Of a DNA stretch of 61,105 nt, positions 18,582-27,229 are shown in pieces (the stretch's first letter is position 1; each line of letters begins with the position of its first letter). The notes below the pieces were generated by a model that searched no databases, had not been told where the DNA came from, and saw only the letters and a list, made by a program, of their open reading frames with translations. The position numbers and the translations under genes are program-made. The DNA is from Acidobacteriota bacterium (GTDB lineage: Bacteria; Acidobacteriota; Thermoanaerobaculia; UBA5066; Gp7-AA6), in NCBI GenBank assembly GCA_003222385.1, contig QHVV01000032.1, positions 1-61,105 of the forward strand, read 5' to 3'.

Positions 18582-20609
18582 ATGCGCACGCTTTTCCGGC
18601 TTCTTCTGTCTCTGACGGTTTCGGCTCCGATCGCGCCGGCAGCGGACACCGGCGGCGTTCCGGCTGTCCCGGATTCCGTTCCGAAGGACGCCCTGCGCTA
18701 CAGCGTCCTGTCCAGCGGCAACCTCGCCGGCAACCAGGTGGTCTGGAAGTCGGCGGACGGCCGGCGGCACGCCCTCTACCAGTACAACGACCGGGGACGC
18801 GGCCCGCGGATCGACACCGTGACGACGGTCGGGACCGACGGGATCCCGACGTCGACCGAGAACACCGGCGTCGACTACTTGAAGGGACCGGTCGAAGAGC
18901 GTTTCACCATCCGCGATGGCGCCGCCCGGTGGAAGAACAAAGCCGAGAGCGGCGAGCGGACTCTCTCGGGCGCCGCCTTCTTCCCGTCCTTCTACGGCCC
19001 GCCCGACGAGTTCGGACTCCTCGCGAAGGCGCTGATCCGGGCGGGAGGGGCGCTTCCGCTCCTGCCCGAAGGCGAGGCGCGGATCGAGAAGATCCGGGAG
19101 GTCAATCTCGCGGGAGAGGGGAAAGTCCAAGCGGTCACGCTCTACGCCATCCGGGGATTCCAGTTCAGCCCGTCGTACGTGTGGCTCGATTCCGACAACG
19201 TTCTGTTCGCGAGCGGAAGCCGCTGGCTCATGACCATCCGCGAAGGCTGGGAGAAGTCCCAGGAAGAGCTGGCCCGCGCGCAGGATGAGGCAAGCATCGA
19301 GTGGCGCGCGGGGCTGGCGCGGCGGATTTCCCGGAAGCCCGCGGCGGACGTGGTGTTCTTCAACGTCAACGTCTTCGATTCCGAAACCGGAAAGGTGCTC
19401 CGGAACCGGGTGGTCACGCTGCACGGCAATCGCATCGCGTCCGTCGGCTCTTTGGAGAGCCGCGGAGAGAACGTCGAGCGGATCGACGGCGCAGGCGGCA
19501 CGCTAATTCCGGGTCTCTGGGACATGCACGTGCACGTCAGCGACGACGATGGACTGCTGAACATCGCAGCCGGCGTCACCTCCGTCCGCGACCTCGCCAA
19601 CGACACCGACGAGCTGGAGGCCCGGCGCAAGCGCTTCGATTCGGGCCTCGAAATCGGTCCGCGCGTGATCGCCGCCGGCTTCATGGACGGCCCGGGGCCG
19701 TACCAGGGTCCGACGAAAGTTCTCGTGGACACGGAGCAGAAAGTCCACGACGCGATCGCCCGGTACGCCGCGCTCGGTTATCCGCAGATCAAGGTCTACA
19801 GCTCGATCAAGCCGGAGCTCGTGCCGGTGATCATCGCCGACGCCCACAAGCGCGGCATGCGGGTGAGCGGCCACGTCCCCGCGACGATGTTCGCGGACCA
19901 GTTCGTCCGGGCCGGCGCCGACGAGATCCAGCACATCAACTTCGTCTTCCTCAATTTCTTCCGGGACGTCACCGAGACGCGGACGCCCGCGCGTTTCACC
20001 GAGCCGGGAAAGCGGGGCGCCGGACTGGACCTCGACTCCCCCGCGGTGCGGGATTTCATCGAGCTGCTCCGGACCCGACACGTGGTCGTCGATCCGACGC
20101 TGGCGACGTTCGAGTCCATGTACCGGGCACGGCCCGGCACCCTCGACCCCGCGTTTGCCGCCGTGGCCAGCCGGATGCCGACGCAAATGCGGCGCGGGTT
20201 CCTCGCCGGCGGCCTTGCCGCCGAGGGCGACACCGACGCGCTGTACCGGAAGTCCTACGCGAACATGGTGAAAATGGTCGCTGTCCTCCACCGCTCCGGA
20301 GTCCAGATCGTGGCGGGCACCGACACGCTCCCGGGTTTCGGACTCCACCGGGAGCTGGAGCTCTACCGCGAGGCCGGCATCCCGGCGTCCGAGATTCTGC
20401 AGATCGCCACCCTGCGGGCGGCTCGCCTCATGAAAAGGGATTCGGACCTCGGGTCGATCCAGCCCGGCAAGCTCGCGGACCTGACCCTCGTGACGGGCGA
20501 TCCGACGCAGGACATCTCGGCGGTCCGCAACACGAAGCTGGTCGTGAAGGACGGCGTGCTGTTCGACCCCGCCCGGATCTACGAGGCGATCGGGGTGCAG
20601 CCGAAATAA
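18582..20609 (+). CDS. secreted amidohydrolase-superfamily protein with long N-terminal extension
   Basis: Signal peptide (MRTLFRLLLSLTVSAPIAPA). Metal-binding HxH (PGLWDMHVHV). Later HV..., QH and GTD motifs are typical of the amidohydrolase TIM barrel. Confidence 0.82.
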   Translation: MRTLFRLLLSLTVSAPIAPAADTGGVPAVPDSVPKDALRYSVLSSGNLAGNQVVWKSADGRRHALYQYNDRGRGPRIDTVTTVGTDGIPTSTENTGVDYLKGPVEERFTIRDGAARWKNKAESGERTLSGAAFFPSFYGPPDEFGLLAKALIRAGGALPLLPEGEARIEKIREVNLAGEGKVQAVTLYAIRGFQFSPSYVWLDSDNVLFASGSRWLMTIREGWEKSQEELARAQDEASIEWRAGLARRISRKPAADVVFFNVNVFDSETGKVLRNRVVTLHGNRIASVGSLESRGENVERIDGAGGTLIPGLWDMHVHVSDDDGLLNIAAGVTSVRDLANDTDELEARRKRFDSGLEIGPRVIAAGFMDGPGPYQGPTKVLVDTEQKVHDAIARYAALGYPQIKVYSSIKPELVPVIIADAHKRGMRVSGHVPATMFADQFVRAGADEIQHINFVFLNFFRDVTETRTPARFTEPGKRGAGLDLDSPAVRDFIELLRTRHVVVDPTLATFESMYRARPGTLDPAFAAVASRMPTQMRRGFLAGGLAAEGDTDALYRKSYANMVKMVAVLHRSGVQIVAGTDTLPGFGLHRELELYREAGIPASEILQIATLRAARLMKRDSDLGSIQPGKLADLTLVTGDPTQDISAVRNTKLVVKDGVLFDPARIYEAIGVQPK

Positions 20610-20615
20610 ATCGCT

Positions 20616-21992
20616 CTAGGCCGAGACCTCGAGGTTGGCCGCGCGCCACGCCGCCATGCCCCCCACGACGTTCGTGATTCGATGGAATCCCTGCCGCTCG
20701 AGCAGGCTCGTTCCGATCGACGAGCGGAAGCCGCCGGCGCACACCACGGCGAGCGGCTCCTCCCTGGAGAGATCGTCGGCCTTTTCGGCGAGGTCGTTCA
20801 AGGGGAGGTGCAGCGCGGTGGCGATGTGTCCGGATTGCCACTCTCCGGGGCGGCGGACGTCGACGACCCGGACCGCGCCCTCTCGGAGGCGCTCGTCGAG
20901 CTCCGCGACGTTGATCTGCTCGAGGGTCGCAAGACGCAGTCCCGCGCGGTCCCACTCCAGGATCCCCCCGGCCAGGTAGCCCGCGACGTTGTCGAGGCCC
21001 ACCCGCGCGAGCCGCAGTCTCGCCTCGCGCACCTGCTCTTCGTCCTCCGCGACGATCAGCATCGGCGTGCCCGGCGAAACGAGCGCGCCCGCCCAGGAGG
21101 CGAACTGCCCCGAGAGGCCGATGTGGAGCGAACCGGGGACGTGCCCCGCGCCGTACTGCGCGGCGGGTCGGGTGTCGAGGACGATCGCGCCCTTCTTCTG
21201 AAGAACCTCCACGTCTCGGGCTTCGAGAGCCGGCGGATCAGGAAGCTCCGCCAGTTCGGATGCGCCTCCCCGGTTGATCGCGACGTCGCGCGAGAAGTAC
21301 GCCGGCGCTTCCGGAAGGTCCGTCGTCATCATCCGGACGAACTCCTCCTTCGGCATCGGCCGCAACGCGTAGTTGAACTGGCGCTGTTGCCCGATCGTCG
21401 AGCTCGTTTCGCTCGAGATGTTGCGCCCGCAGAGCGAGCCGGCGCCGTGCGCGGGGTACACCTCGACTGAGTCCGGCAGCGCGAGGAGCTTGTCGTGAAG
21501 CGAGTCGTAGAGCATGCCGGCGAGCTCCTGCGCGCTCATCTTCGAGCCGAGCAGATCCGGGCGGCCGACGTCGCCGATGAAGAGCGTGTCTCCCGTCAGC
21601 ACGGCCTTCGGAACGTCGGAGACGGACCGGTCGACGACCAGGATTGAAACCGACTCGGGCGTGTGGCCGGGGGTCTCCAGAAAACGCAGGACGACATCGC
21701 CCATCCGGATCTCGTCCCCGTCGTTCACCGGCACGTAGTCGAACTCCGCGCCGGCCTTCGCGCCGAAGTAGATCTTCGCCCCCGTACGGCGCGCGAGCTC
21801 CCGGTGCCCCGAGACGAAGTCCGCGTGGAGGTGCGTCTCGATGACGTGCCGGATGCGGAAGCCGCGCTCCTTCGCTTCGTCGATGTACGTGTCGACGTCG
21901 CGGCGGGGGTCGACGACGGCGGCCTCCCCGTCCGATCCGATCAGGTAAGACGCGTGGGCGAGGCAGCCCAGGTAGAACTGTTTGAAAAACAT
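20616..21992 (-). CDS. MBL-fold persulfide-dioxygenase-like domain fused to rhodanese domains
   Basis: ETHLHADFVSGH (HxHxDH) metallo-beta-lactamase motif near the N-terminus. C-terminal rhodanese with active-site loop VVCAGGFRSS. Confidence 0.88.
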   Translation of the reverse strand: MFFKQFYLGCLAHASYLIGSDGEAAVVDPRRDVDTYIDEAKERGFRIRHVIETHLHADFVSGHRELARRTGAKIYFGAKAGAEFDYVPVNDGDEIRMGDVVLRFLETPGHTPESVSILVVDRSVSDVPKAVLTGDTLFIGDVGRPDLLGSKMSAQELAGMLYDSLHDKLLALPDSVEVYPAHGAGSLCGRNISSETSSTIGQQRQFNYALRPMPKEEFVRMMTTDLPEAPAYFSRDVAINRGGASELAELPDPPALEARDVEVLQKKGAIVLDTRPAAQYGAGHVPGSLHIGLSGQFASWAGALVSPGTPMLIVAEDEEQVREARLRLARVGLDNVAGYLAGGILEWDRAGLRLATLEQINVAELDERLREGAVRVVDVRRPGEWQSGHIATALHLPLNDLAEKADDLSREEPLAVVCAGGFRSSIGTSLLERQGFHRITNVVGGMAAWRAANLEVSA

Positions 21993-22008
21993 TTCCGAGG
22001 GCGCGATT

Positions 22009-22437
22009 CTAGTCTTCGGCCGGGTCGCGCTCGATCTCGACCGCGAAGTCGGGTGTCAGCCGCAGGGAGAGCGCCGCGAGCCGGCAGGGCCAGCCTTCCC
22101 GGCCGATCCGCGCGGAGACGCGCCGCCAGATCCAGACGGCCAGGTTTTCGGCGGTGGGAGGGACGTTCGCGAACTCCGACACGTCGCGGTTCAGGTTGCG
22201 GTGGTCCAGCGGCGCATCGACTTCTTCCTGGAGGATCCGATCGAGGTCGGTCAGGTTGACGACCATTTCCGACTCCGGGTCGACCGGTCCTTCGACCGAC
22301 ACCTCCAGCCTGTAGTTGTGGCCGTAGCCGTGCGGGCTCTCGCTGCCGTAGACGGAGCGGTTCTTTTCCTCGCTCCAATCCGTTCGCCAGAGGCTTCGCC
22401 CGGAGTTGAAATGGATCGTGCGCGAGAGCCGCACCAC
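22009..22437 (-). CDS. 6-pyruvoyl-tetrahydropterin synthase / QueD-family (COG0720) protein, non-canonical active-site motif
   Basis: Strong by-eye similarity to PTPS (…HGYGHNYRLEVSVEGPVDPESEMVVNLTDLDRILQEEVDAPLDHRNLNRDV…TAENLAVWIW). The CxxxHGH block reads SESPHGYGH. Confidence 0.78.
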   Translation of the reverse strand: MVRLSRTIHFNSGRSLWRTDWSEEKNRSVYGSESPHGYGHNYRLEVSVEGPVDPESEMVVNLTDLDRILQEEVDAPLDHRNLNRDVSEFANVPPTAENLAVWIWRRVSARIGREGWPCRLAALSLRLTPDFAVEIERDPAED

Positions 22438-22501
22438 GGTCTCGAACCTAGCACACGGCTCGGGCTCCGCTAGAATCCCGGCCGCGCCCGCCGCAGCACG
22501 A

Positions 22502-23923
22502 ATGAATCTCTACTCGAGCGCCTCGGAACTGGAAGAAAGCCTCGACCGTTCGGCAACGGTCCGGCGGAACGGGTCGCTCTCGGTCACGAACGCCCCGCGC
22601 TTTCGAGAGGAAGTCTTGGACGGCCTGGTCTGGACGGCCGTCTTCGGCGGCCGGGACGGAAAGGAGAGCGCCCGCGAGGCGATCCGCGAAGCGGCGGCTT
22701 CGCTCGGCATCCTCCCGGCGTCCATCCTTCCGCTCTACGAGGCCCGCGGGCGTGGAGAAGTGTCGGGCTTTACGGTCCCCGCGATCAACGTCCGGATGCT
22801 CGCCTACGACACGGCCCGCGCCGCGTGTCGCGCCGCGAAGCGGCTCGGCGTCGGCGCACTCCTCTTCGAGATCGCCCGCAGCGAGATCGGCTACACCGAG
22901 CAGCGGCCCGGCGAATACGCGGTCGTCGTGCTCGGCGCGGCGATCCGCGAGGAATGGCAGGGTCCCGTCTTCCTCCAGGGCGACCACTTCCAGACCAACC
23001 CGAAGAAGATGCAGGCGGATCCGGACAAGGAGATCGCCGCGATCGAGGCCTTGATCGACGAAGCCATCGCGGCGGGGTTCTTCCAGATCGACATCGATAC
23101 GTCGACGCTCGTGGACCTCTCGAAGCCGACGCTCGAGGAGCAGCAGGCGGTCAACTCCGCGCTGACCGCGCGTTTCACGAAGTTCATCCGGGCCCGGGAG
23201 CCCCGGGAGATGCCGATTTCCGTGGGAGGGGAGATCGGCGAGGTCGGCAAGGCAAACTCCACGCCGGAAGAGTTCCGCGCCTACATGAACGAATACCGGC
23301 GGGCGCTCGGCGACGGAAAGGGGATCGCCAAGGTGTCGATCCAGACCGGCAGCTCCCACGGCGGCGTCGTCGGACCGGATGGCGCCGTTCAGAGAGTTCG
23401 CATCGACTTCGACGCGCTCTCGCGCATCTCGAAAGTCGCGCGGGAGGAGTATCAACTGGCCGGCGCCGTCCAGCACGGGGCGTCCACGCTGCCCGCCGAG
23501 TTCTTCGGCCGCTTTCCGGAGCACGACTGCGCCGAGATCCACCTCGCCACCGAGTTCCAGAACATGGTGTACGACCATCCGGCGTTCCCTCTGCCGCTGA
23601 AGCGCGCCGTCGAGCGCTGGCTCTTCGAGCGCATGGCGGACCAGAAGCAGAAGGGGGAAACCGAGAGCCAGTTCCTCTACAAGACCCGCAAGCAGGCGAT
23701 CGGACCGTTCAAGGAACAGGTCTGGAATCTTCCGGCCGGAACGCGGGAGGCGATCCGCGACTCGCTCGAAGCGAAATTCTCGTTCCTGTTCGAGAAGCTC
23801 GCGGTGACGGGGACGCGCGACATGGTCGCTCGCTACGTCCGCCCGGTCGCAGCCGCGAAGCTCACGGCCGCTGCCGCCGGCGCGCGGGCAGGGTATGTGC
23901 GCGACGACGAGGCCGGGGATTGA
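22502..23923 (+). CDS. class II (metal-dependent) ketose-bisphosphate aldolase family protein
   Basis: Real start is the ATG at 22502 (MNLYSSASELEE). Motifs GFTVPAINV, FLQGDHF, IDIDTSTL, GGEIGEVG, SIQTGSSHGG, VQHGASTLP resemble the F_bP_aldolase class II family. Confidence 0.78.
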   Translation: MNLYSSASELEESLDRSATVRRNGSLSVTNAPRFREEVLDGLVWTAVFGGRDGKESAREAIREAAASLGILPASILPLYEARGRGEVSGFTVPAINVRMLAYDTARAACRAAKRLGVGALLFEIARSEIGYTEQRPGEYAVVVLGAAIREEWQGPVFLQGDHFQTNPKKMQADPDKEIAAIEALIDEAIAAGFFQIDIDTSTLVDLSKPTLEEQQAVNSALTARFTKFIRAREPREMPISVGGEIGEVGKANSTPEEFRAYMNEYRRALGDGKGIAKVSIQTGSSHGGVVGPDGAVQRVRIDFDALSRISKVAREEYQLAGAVQHGASTLPAEFFGRFPEHDCAEIHLATEFQNMVYDHPAFPLPLKRAVERWLFERMADQKQKGETESQFLYKTRKQAIGPFKEQVWNLPAGTREAIRDSLEAKFSFLFEKLAVTGTRDMVARYVRPVAAAKLTAAAAGARAGYVRDDEAGD

Positions 23924-23926
23924 GGA

Positions 23927-24029
23927 CGGAAATCGGAAATCGGAAATCGTGAAGAAGAGGAAGAAGACGAAAAAAGCCTCGGCCCGGCCGAGGTCTCGAT
24001 TACCGATTACCGATTCCCGATTACCGGCT
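23927..24029. repeat. structured intergenic element: 3x CGGAAAT heptamers, purine tract, GC hairpin, 4x CGATT[AC]C heptamers in inverted orientation
   Basis: Read directly: cggaaatcggaaatcggaaatcg (23927..23949), gaagaagaggaagaagacgaaaaaa, cctcgg/ccgagg stem (23977..23993), cgattaccgattaccgattcccgattaccg (23998..24027). Confidence 0.7.
23970..23994 (-). terminator. intrinsic-terminator-like hairpin whose U-run is on the minus strand
   Basis: Minus strand reads ACCTCGGCCGGGCCGAGGC followed by TTTTTT. On the plus strand the run is A6 before the stem, with no T-run after it. Confidence 0.4.
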
Positions 24030-24032
24030 CGC

Positions 24033-25115
24033 ATGACGGCTGTCGTCAAGACGAAGCCGCTGCCGGGGCGGGAGGGAACGCAGGTCAAGTCGGTGCCAGT
24101 GCCGCGTGCCGGCCCCGGAGAGGTGCTCATCCGGGTTCTCGCGACCGCGGTCTGCGGATCCGATCGTCACATCTACAAGTGGGACGAGTCGATGGCGACG
24201 ATCGTGAAGCCCCCGCGCATCTATGGACACGAGTTCTGCGGCGAGATCGTCCGGTTCGGCCCGGAGGCGGAGCGCCAGGACCTGCGCGAAGGACTGTACG
24301 TCTCGGCCGAGATGCACGTCACCTGCGGCCACTGCCGGCCGTGCCGGACGGGACAGCGGCATATCTGCGAGAACACGCGCATTCTGGGGGTCCACGAGGA
24401 CGGCTGCTTCGCGCAATACGTGGTGGTTCCCGCGTACAACGTCATCCCGCTCGACCGGCACGTCGTGCCTCCGCGCGTCGGCGCTTTCTTAGACGCCCTG
24501 GGCAACGCGGTCCACACCACGCAGGTCGCGGACCTCTCGGGAAAGTCGGTCGCGGTACTGGGATACGGCCCGATCGGCGCCATGTGCGCGGAAATCGCGC
24601 GCATCTCGGGCGCGGCGAGGATCGCGATCACCGACGTCCACGCGCAGGCCGCGGCGCACGCGCGGCGCTGGGCGAGCTCGCGGCGCCTTTCGCACGTGTC
24701 GGTCATCGACCTGACGCGCACGAAAGACCCCGCGGGCAGCGTGCGCGAAGCGCTCGGCGGAGGAGCGGATGTCGTGCTCGAGCTCTCCGGCGCCGAGGCC
24801 TCGATCAACCTCGGCCTCGCGGTCGCGCGCCGCGGCGCGACGATCTCGCTCCTGGGAATCCCGAAAGCCCGGTCGGTCACGATCCAGGACTACACGGGCT
24901 GCCTGATCTTCAAAGGGCTGACGCTGCACGCCGTCATCGGCAGACGGATCTTCGAAACCTGGATCAAGATGCTCGATCTCCTGCGCGCGGGGCTCGACGT
25001 CGAGGATATCGTCACCAACGAGTTCGAAGGGCTCGAGAGCTTCCACGACGCGATGGCGCTGCTCGAGAGCCGACAGGCGATGAAGATCGTGTTTTATCCG
25101 AACGGACGACCGTAG
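24033..25115 (+). CDS. tdh: L-threonine 3-dehydrogenase
   Basis: Start is the ATG at 24033 (MTAVVKTKPLPG...). Zn-ADH motifs VCGSDRHIYKWDE, GHEFCGEIV, CGHCRPCRTG. GYGPIGAM Rossmann motif. Adjacent to kbl. Confidence 0.9.
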   Translation: MTAVVKTKPLPGREGTQVKSVPVPRAGPGEVLIRVLATAVCGSDRHIYKWDESMATIVKPPRIYGHEFCGEIVRFGPEAERQDLREGLYVSAEMHVTCGHCRPCRTGQRHICENTRILGVHEDGCFAQYVVVPAYNVIPLDRHVVPPRVGAFLDALGNAVHTTQVADLSGKSVAVLGYGPIGAMCAEIARISGAARIAITDVHAQAAAHARRWASSRRLSHVSVIDLTRTKDPAGSVREALGGGADVVLELSGAEASINLGLAVARRGATISLLGIPKARSVTIQDYTGCLIFKGLTLHAVIGRRIFETWIKMLDLLRAGLDVEDIVTNEFEGLESFHDAMALLESRQAMKIVFYPNGRP

Positions 25116-25140
25116 TCCGGGCATCGATGGGAGCAAGCGA

Positions 25141-25614
25141 ATGCCGACCAATCACCCTCCCAAGCCGGATCTCTCCCAGGAATTGAACGACCGCCGTATC
25201 GCCGAGTTCGCGCTCGAGGAGTCGCGGCTTTCGAACGTCGCCTATCGCTTCCAGCTCGCGCCGAGAGACCGCGTGTGGAAGAACTGGGACCGAACGGAGT
25301 TCGAGCCGAACCGCTACCGGGTCATCGGACTGGCGGGAGTCTGCCTCCTGCGCGAGGAGACGGGCGACGCGCAGAAAGTGGCCTCCAGGGCGCTCGGTGA
25401 CCTCGACGACCTCCTCTACACGGTCGAACGGCCGGCCCACGCCGTCATCGTCCGCGGCGCCGGCGGGACTTCCGAGATCATCAACCGGCCCACCCTCTGC
25501 GCGGAGATCATCGCGCCGGACCCTCCCGCCTTCAATCGCGCCCTCGCGGCTCTCGATTCGGCGTTTCCGGGCGGCCGCGTCGCCGGGAAGATCCTTTCCG
25601 AAGAAGGCTCGTGA
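25141..25614 (+). CDS. hypothetical protein (157 aa) embedded between tdh and kbl
   Basis: GGGAG lies 7 nt upstream of the ATG. The third codon position is mostly G/C. The stop overlaps the kbl GTG (GTGA at 25611..25614). No family recognised. Confidence 0.6.
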   Translation: MPTNHPPKPDLSQELNDRRIAEFALEESRLSNVAYRFQLAPRDRVWKNWDRTEFEPNRYRVIGLAGVCLLREETGDAQKVASRALGDLDDLLYTVERPAHAVIVRGAGGTSEIINRPTLCAEIIAPDPPAFNRALAALDSAFPGGRVAGKILSEEGS

Positions 25615-26801
25615 GCACGACGTCTCTCGTCGGACACCTCGCGGACGAGATCGAAAAGCTCCGCCGGGCCGGAACCTACAAGGAGGAGCTCGTCCTCGAG
25701 TCGCCGCAGGACGCGCGCGTCACGGTCGATGGCCGCGAGCTCGTCATGCTGACCTCGAACAACTACCTGGGCTTCGCGAACCATCCGAGGGTCCGGGAGG
25801 CGCAGAAGAAGGCGATCGACCGATGGGGCGCGGGCATGGCCTCCGTCCGGTTCATCTGCGGCACCGAAGATCTGCACAAGCAGCTCGAGGCGGAGATCGC
25901 CCGTTTCTTCGGGACCGACGACGCCGTCCTGTACATGTCGTGCTGGAACGCGAACGAAGGCCTCTTCGCGGCGGTCCTGGACGATCCGGACGGCCTCTAC
26001 TCCGACGAGCTCAATCACGCGTCCATCATCGACGGCGTCCGCCTCTGCAAGGCGAAGCGCTTCCGAGTTCCGCACAACGACGTGAACGCGCTCGAACGGA
26101 TGCTCGAAGAAGACACGCGCTCGCGGTTCCGCATGATGGTCACGGACGGCGTCTTCTCGATGGAGGGAGAAGAAGCGAACCTGCCCGATCTCGTCCGGAT
26201 CTGCGAGGAGAAGAACGCTCTCCTCGCCGTGGACGACTCCCACGCGACCGGCGTGCTCGGTGCGACCGGCCGGGGGACCGCCGAGGAGCAGGGCGTCTTC
26301 GATCGCATCCCGGTCACGACCGGGACCCTCGGGAAGGCGATGGGGTCGGCGGCCGGAGGGTTCGTCACCGGACCGAAGGCCCTGACCGACACGCTGCGGC
26401 AGCGGAGCCGGACGTATCTCTTCTCGAACTCGCTCCCCCCGGCGGTCGTGGCCGGATCGCTCGAGGCCTTCCGGATGCTCTCCGAGGACCCCGCGCCCGT
26501 GCGCAAGCTCCGCGACAACGCGACCTATTTCCGAAAGGCGATCTCCGAGGCCGGGTTTCGCATTCCCGAGGGCACTCACCCGATCGTCCCCGTCATCGTG
26601 GGCGACACCGCGAAGGCGCTCGCGATGGGAAAGGCGTTGTTCGAGGAGGGCCTGTACGTGTCGGGGTTCGGCTACCCCGTCGTGCCGCACGGGCAGGCGC
26701 GCCTGCGCTGCCAGGTCTCCGCCGCGCACGAGCGCACGGACCTCGACAAGGCGGTGGACGCGTTCCGGAAAGTCGGCCGGAAGTTCGGGGTGATCGCTTG
26801 A
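25611..26801 (+). CDS. kbl: glycine C-acetyltransferase (2-amino-3-ketobutyrate CoA ligase)
   Basis: 396 aa. PLP-dependent alpha-oxoamine synthase pattern (…LTSNNYLGFANHP…, DDSHATGVLG, TGTLGKAMGS). Confidence 0.92.
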   Translation: MSTTSLVGHLADEIEKLRRAGTYKEELVLESPQDARVTVDGRELVMLTSNNYLGFANHPRVREAQKKAIDRWGAGMASVRFICGTEDLHKQLEAEIARFFGTDDAVLYMSCWNANEGLFAAVLDDPDGLYSDELNHASIIDGVRLCKAKRFRVPHNDVNALERMLEEDTRSRFRMMVTDGVFSMEGEEANLPDLVRICEEKNALLAVDDSHATGVLGATGRGTAEEQGVFDRIPVTTGTLGKAMGSAAGGFVTGPKALTDTLRQRSRTYLFSNSLPPAVVAGSLEAFRMLSEDPAPVRKLRDNATYFRKAISEAGFRIPEGTHPIVPVIVGDTAKALAMGKALFEEGLYVSGFGYPVVPHGQARLRCQVSAAHERTDLDKAVDAFRKVGRKFGVIA

Positions 26802-27229
26802 GGACCTGGTCGCTCGTCGGCCTCCTTCTCATGGTCGGCGCGGTGCTCGGTCTCGTTGCCGCCAATTCGCTCGTCGCGCGCTCGCCCGCCGGAATCGCCG
26901 TCCAGGTCGCCGCCCTCGCGCTGATGGCCTGGGCGCGGCTGACGTTCGGCCGCCGGAGCTTTCACGCGGCGGCGAATCCGACCGCCGGCGGCCTCGTGAC
27001 CACGGGTCCGTACCGTTTCATCCGCCATCCCATCTACGCGTCCGCCTGTCTCTTCGTCTGGGCGGGAATCCTGTCGAACTGGTCGGTGCTCGCGGGATTG
27101 CTCGGCGTCGTTCTCTTCGTCGGGGCGTTCATCCGGATGCTCTGCGAGGAGCGGCTCGTCGTCGCGGCCTATCCCGAGTACCGGGAATACGCGAGGACGA
27201 CGAGACGGATCGTGCCGTATGTCTTCTGA
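26798..27229 (+). CDS. ICMT/PEMT-family membrane methyltransferase
   Basis: TTG at 26798 overlaps the kbl stop (TTGA). Several TM helices. GPYRFIRHPIYAS is the RHPxY signature of isoprenylcysteine carboxyl methyltransferase-like proteins. An ATG at about 26831 is an alternative start. Confidence 0.7.
   Translation: MRTWSLVGLLLMVGAVLGLVAANSLVARSPAGIAVQVAALALMAWARLTFGRRSFHAAANPTAGGLVTTGPYRFIRHPIYASACLFVWAGILSNWSVLAGLLGVVLFVGAFIRMLCEERLVVAAYPEYREYARTTRRIVPYVF

Noticed and set aside
17331-19424. 697-aa minus-strand ORF
   Set aside because: It is antisense to the DUF763 gene and the amidohydrolase gene, both of which have recognisable motifs. Its composition is Arg/Pro/Gly-dominated and no motifs are present.
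22438-22501. preQ1 or other riboswitch upstream of the QueD-like gene
   Set aside because: The 64-bp divergent gap is too short, and I could not recognise a preQ1-type hairpin and A-rich tail. It does contain a TAGAAT (22471..22476) that may be a -10 box for the aldolase gene, but the -35 match is poor.
23927-24029. Heptamer arrays considered as a CRISPR array
   Set aside because: The repeat unit is only 7 bp and strictly tandem, with no spacers, and there are no cas genes in the window.
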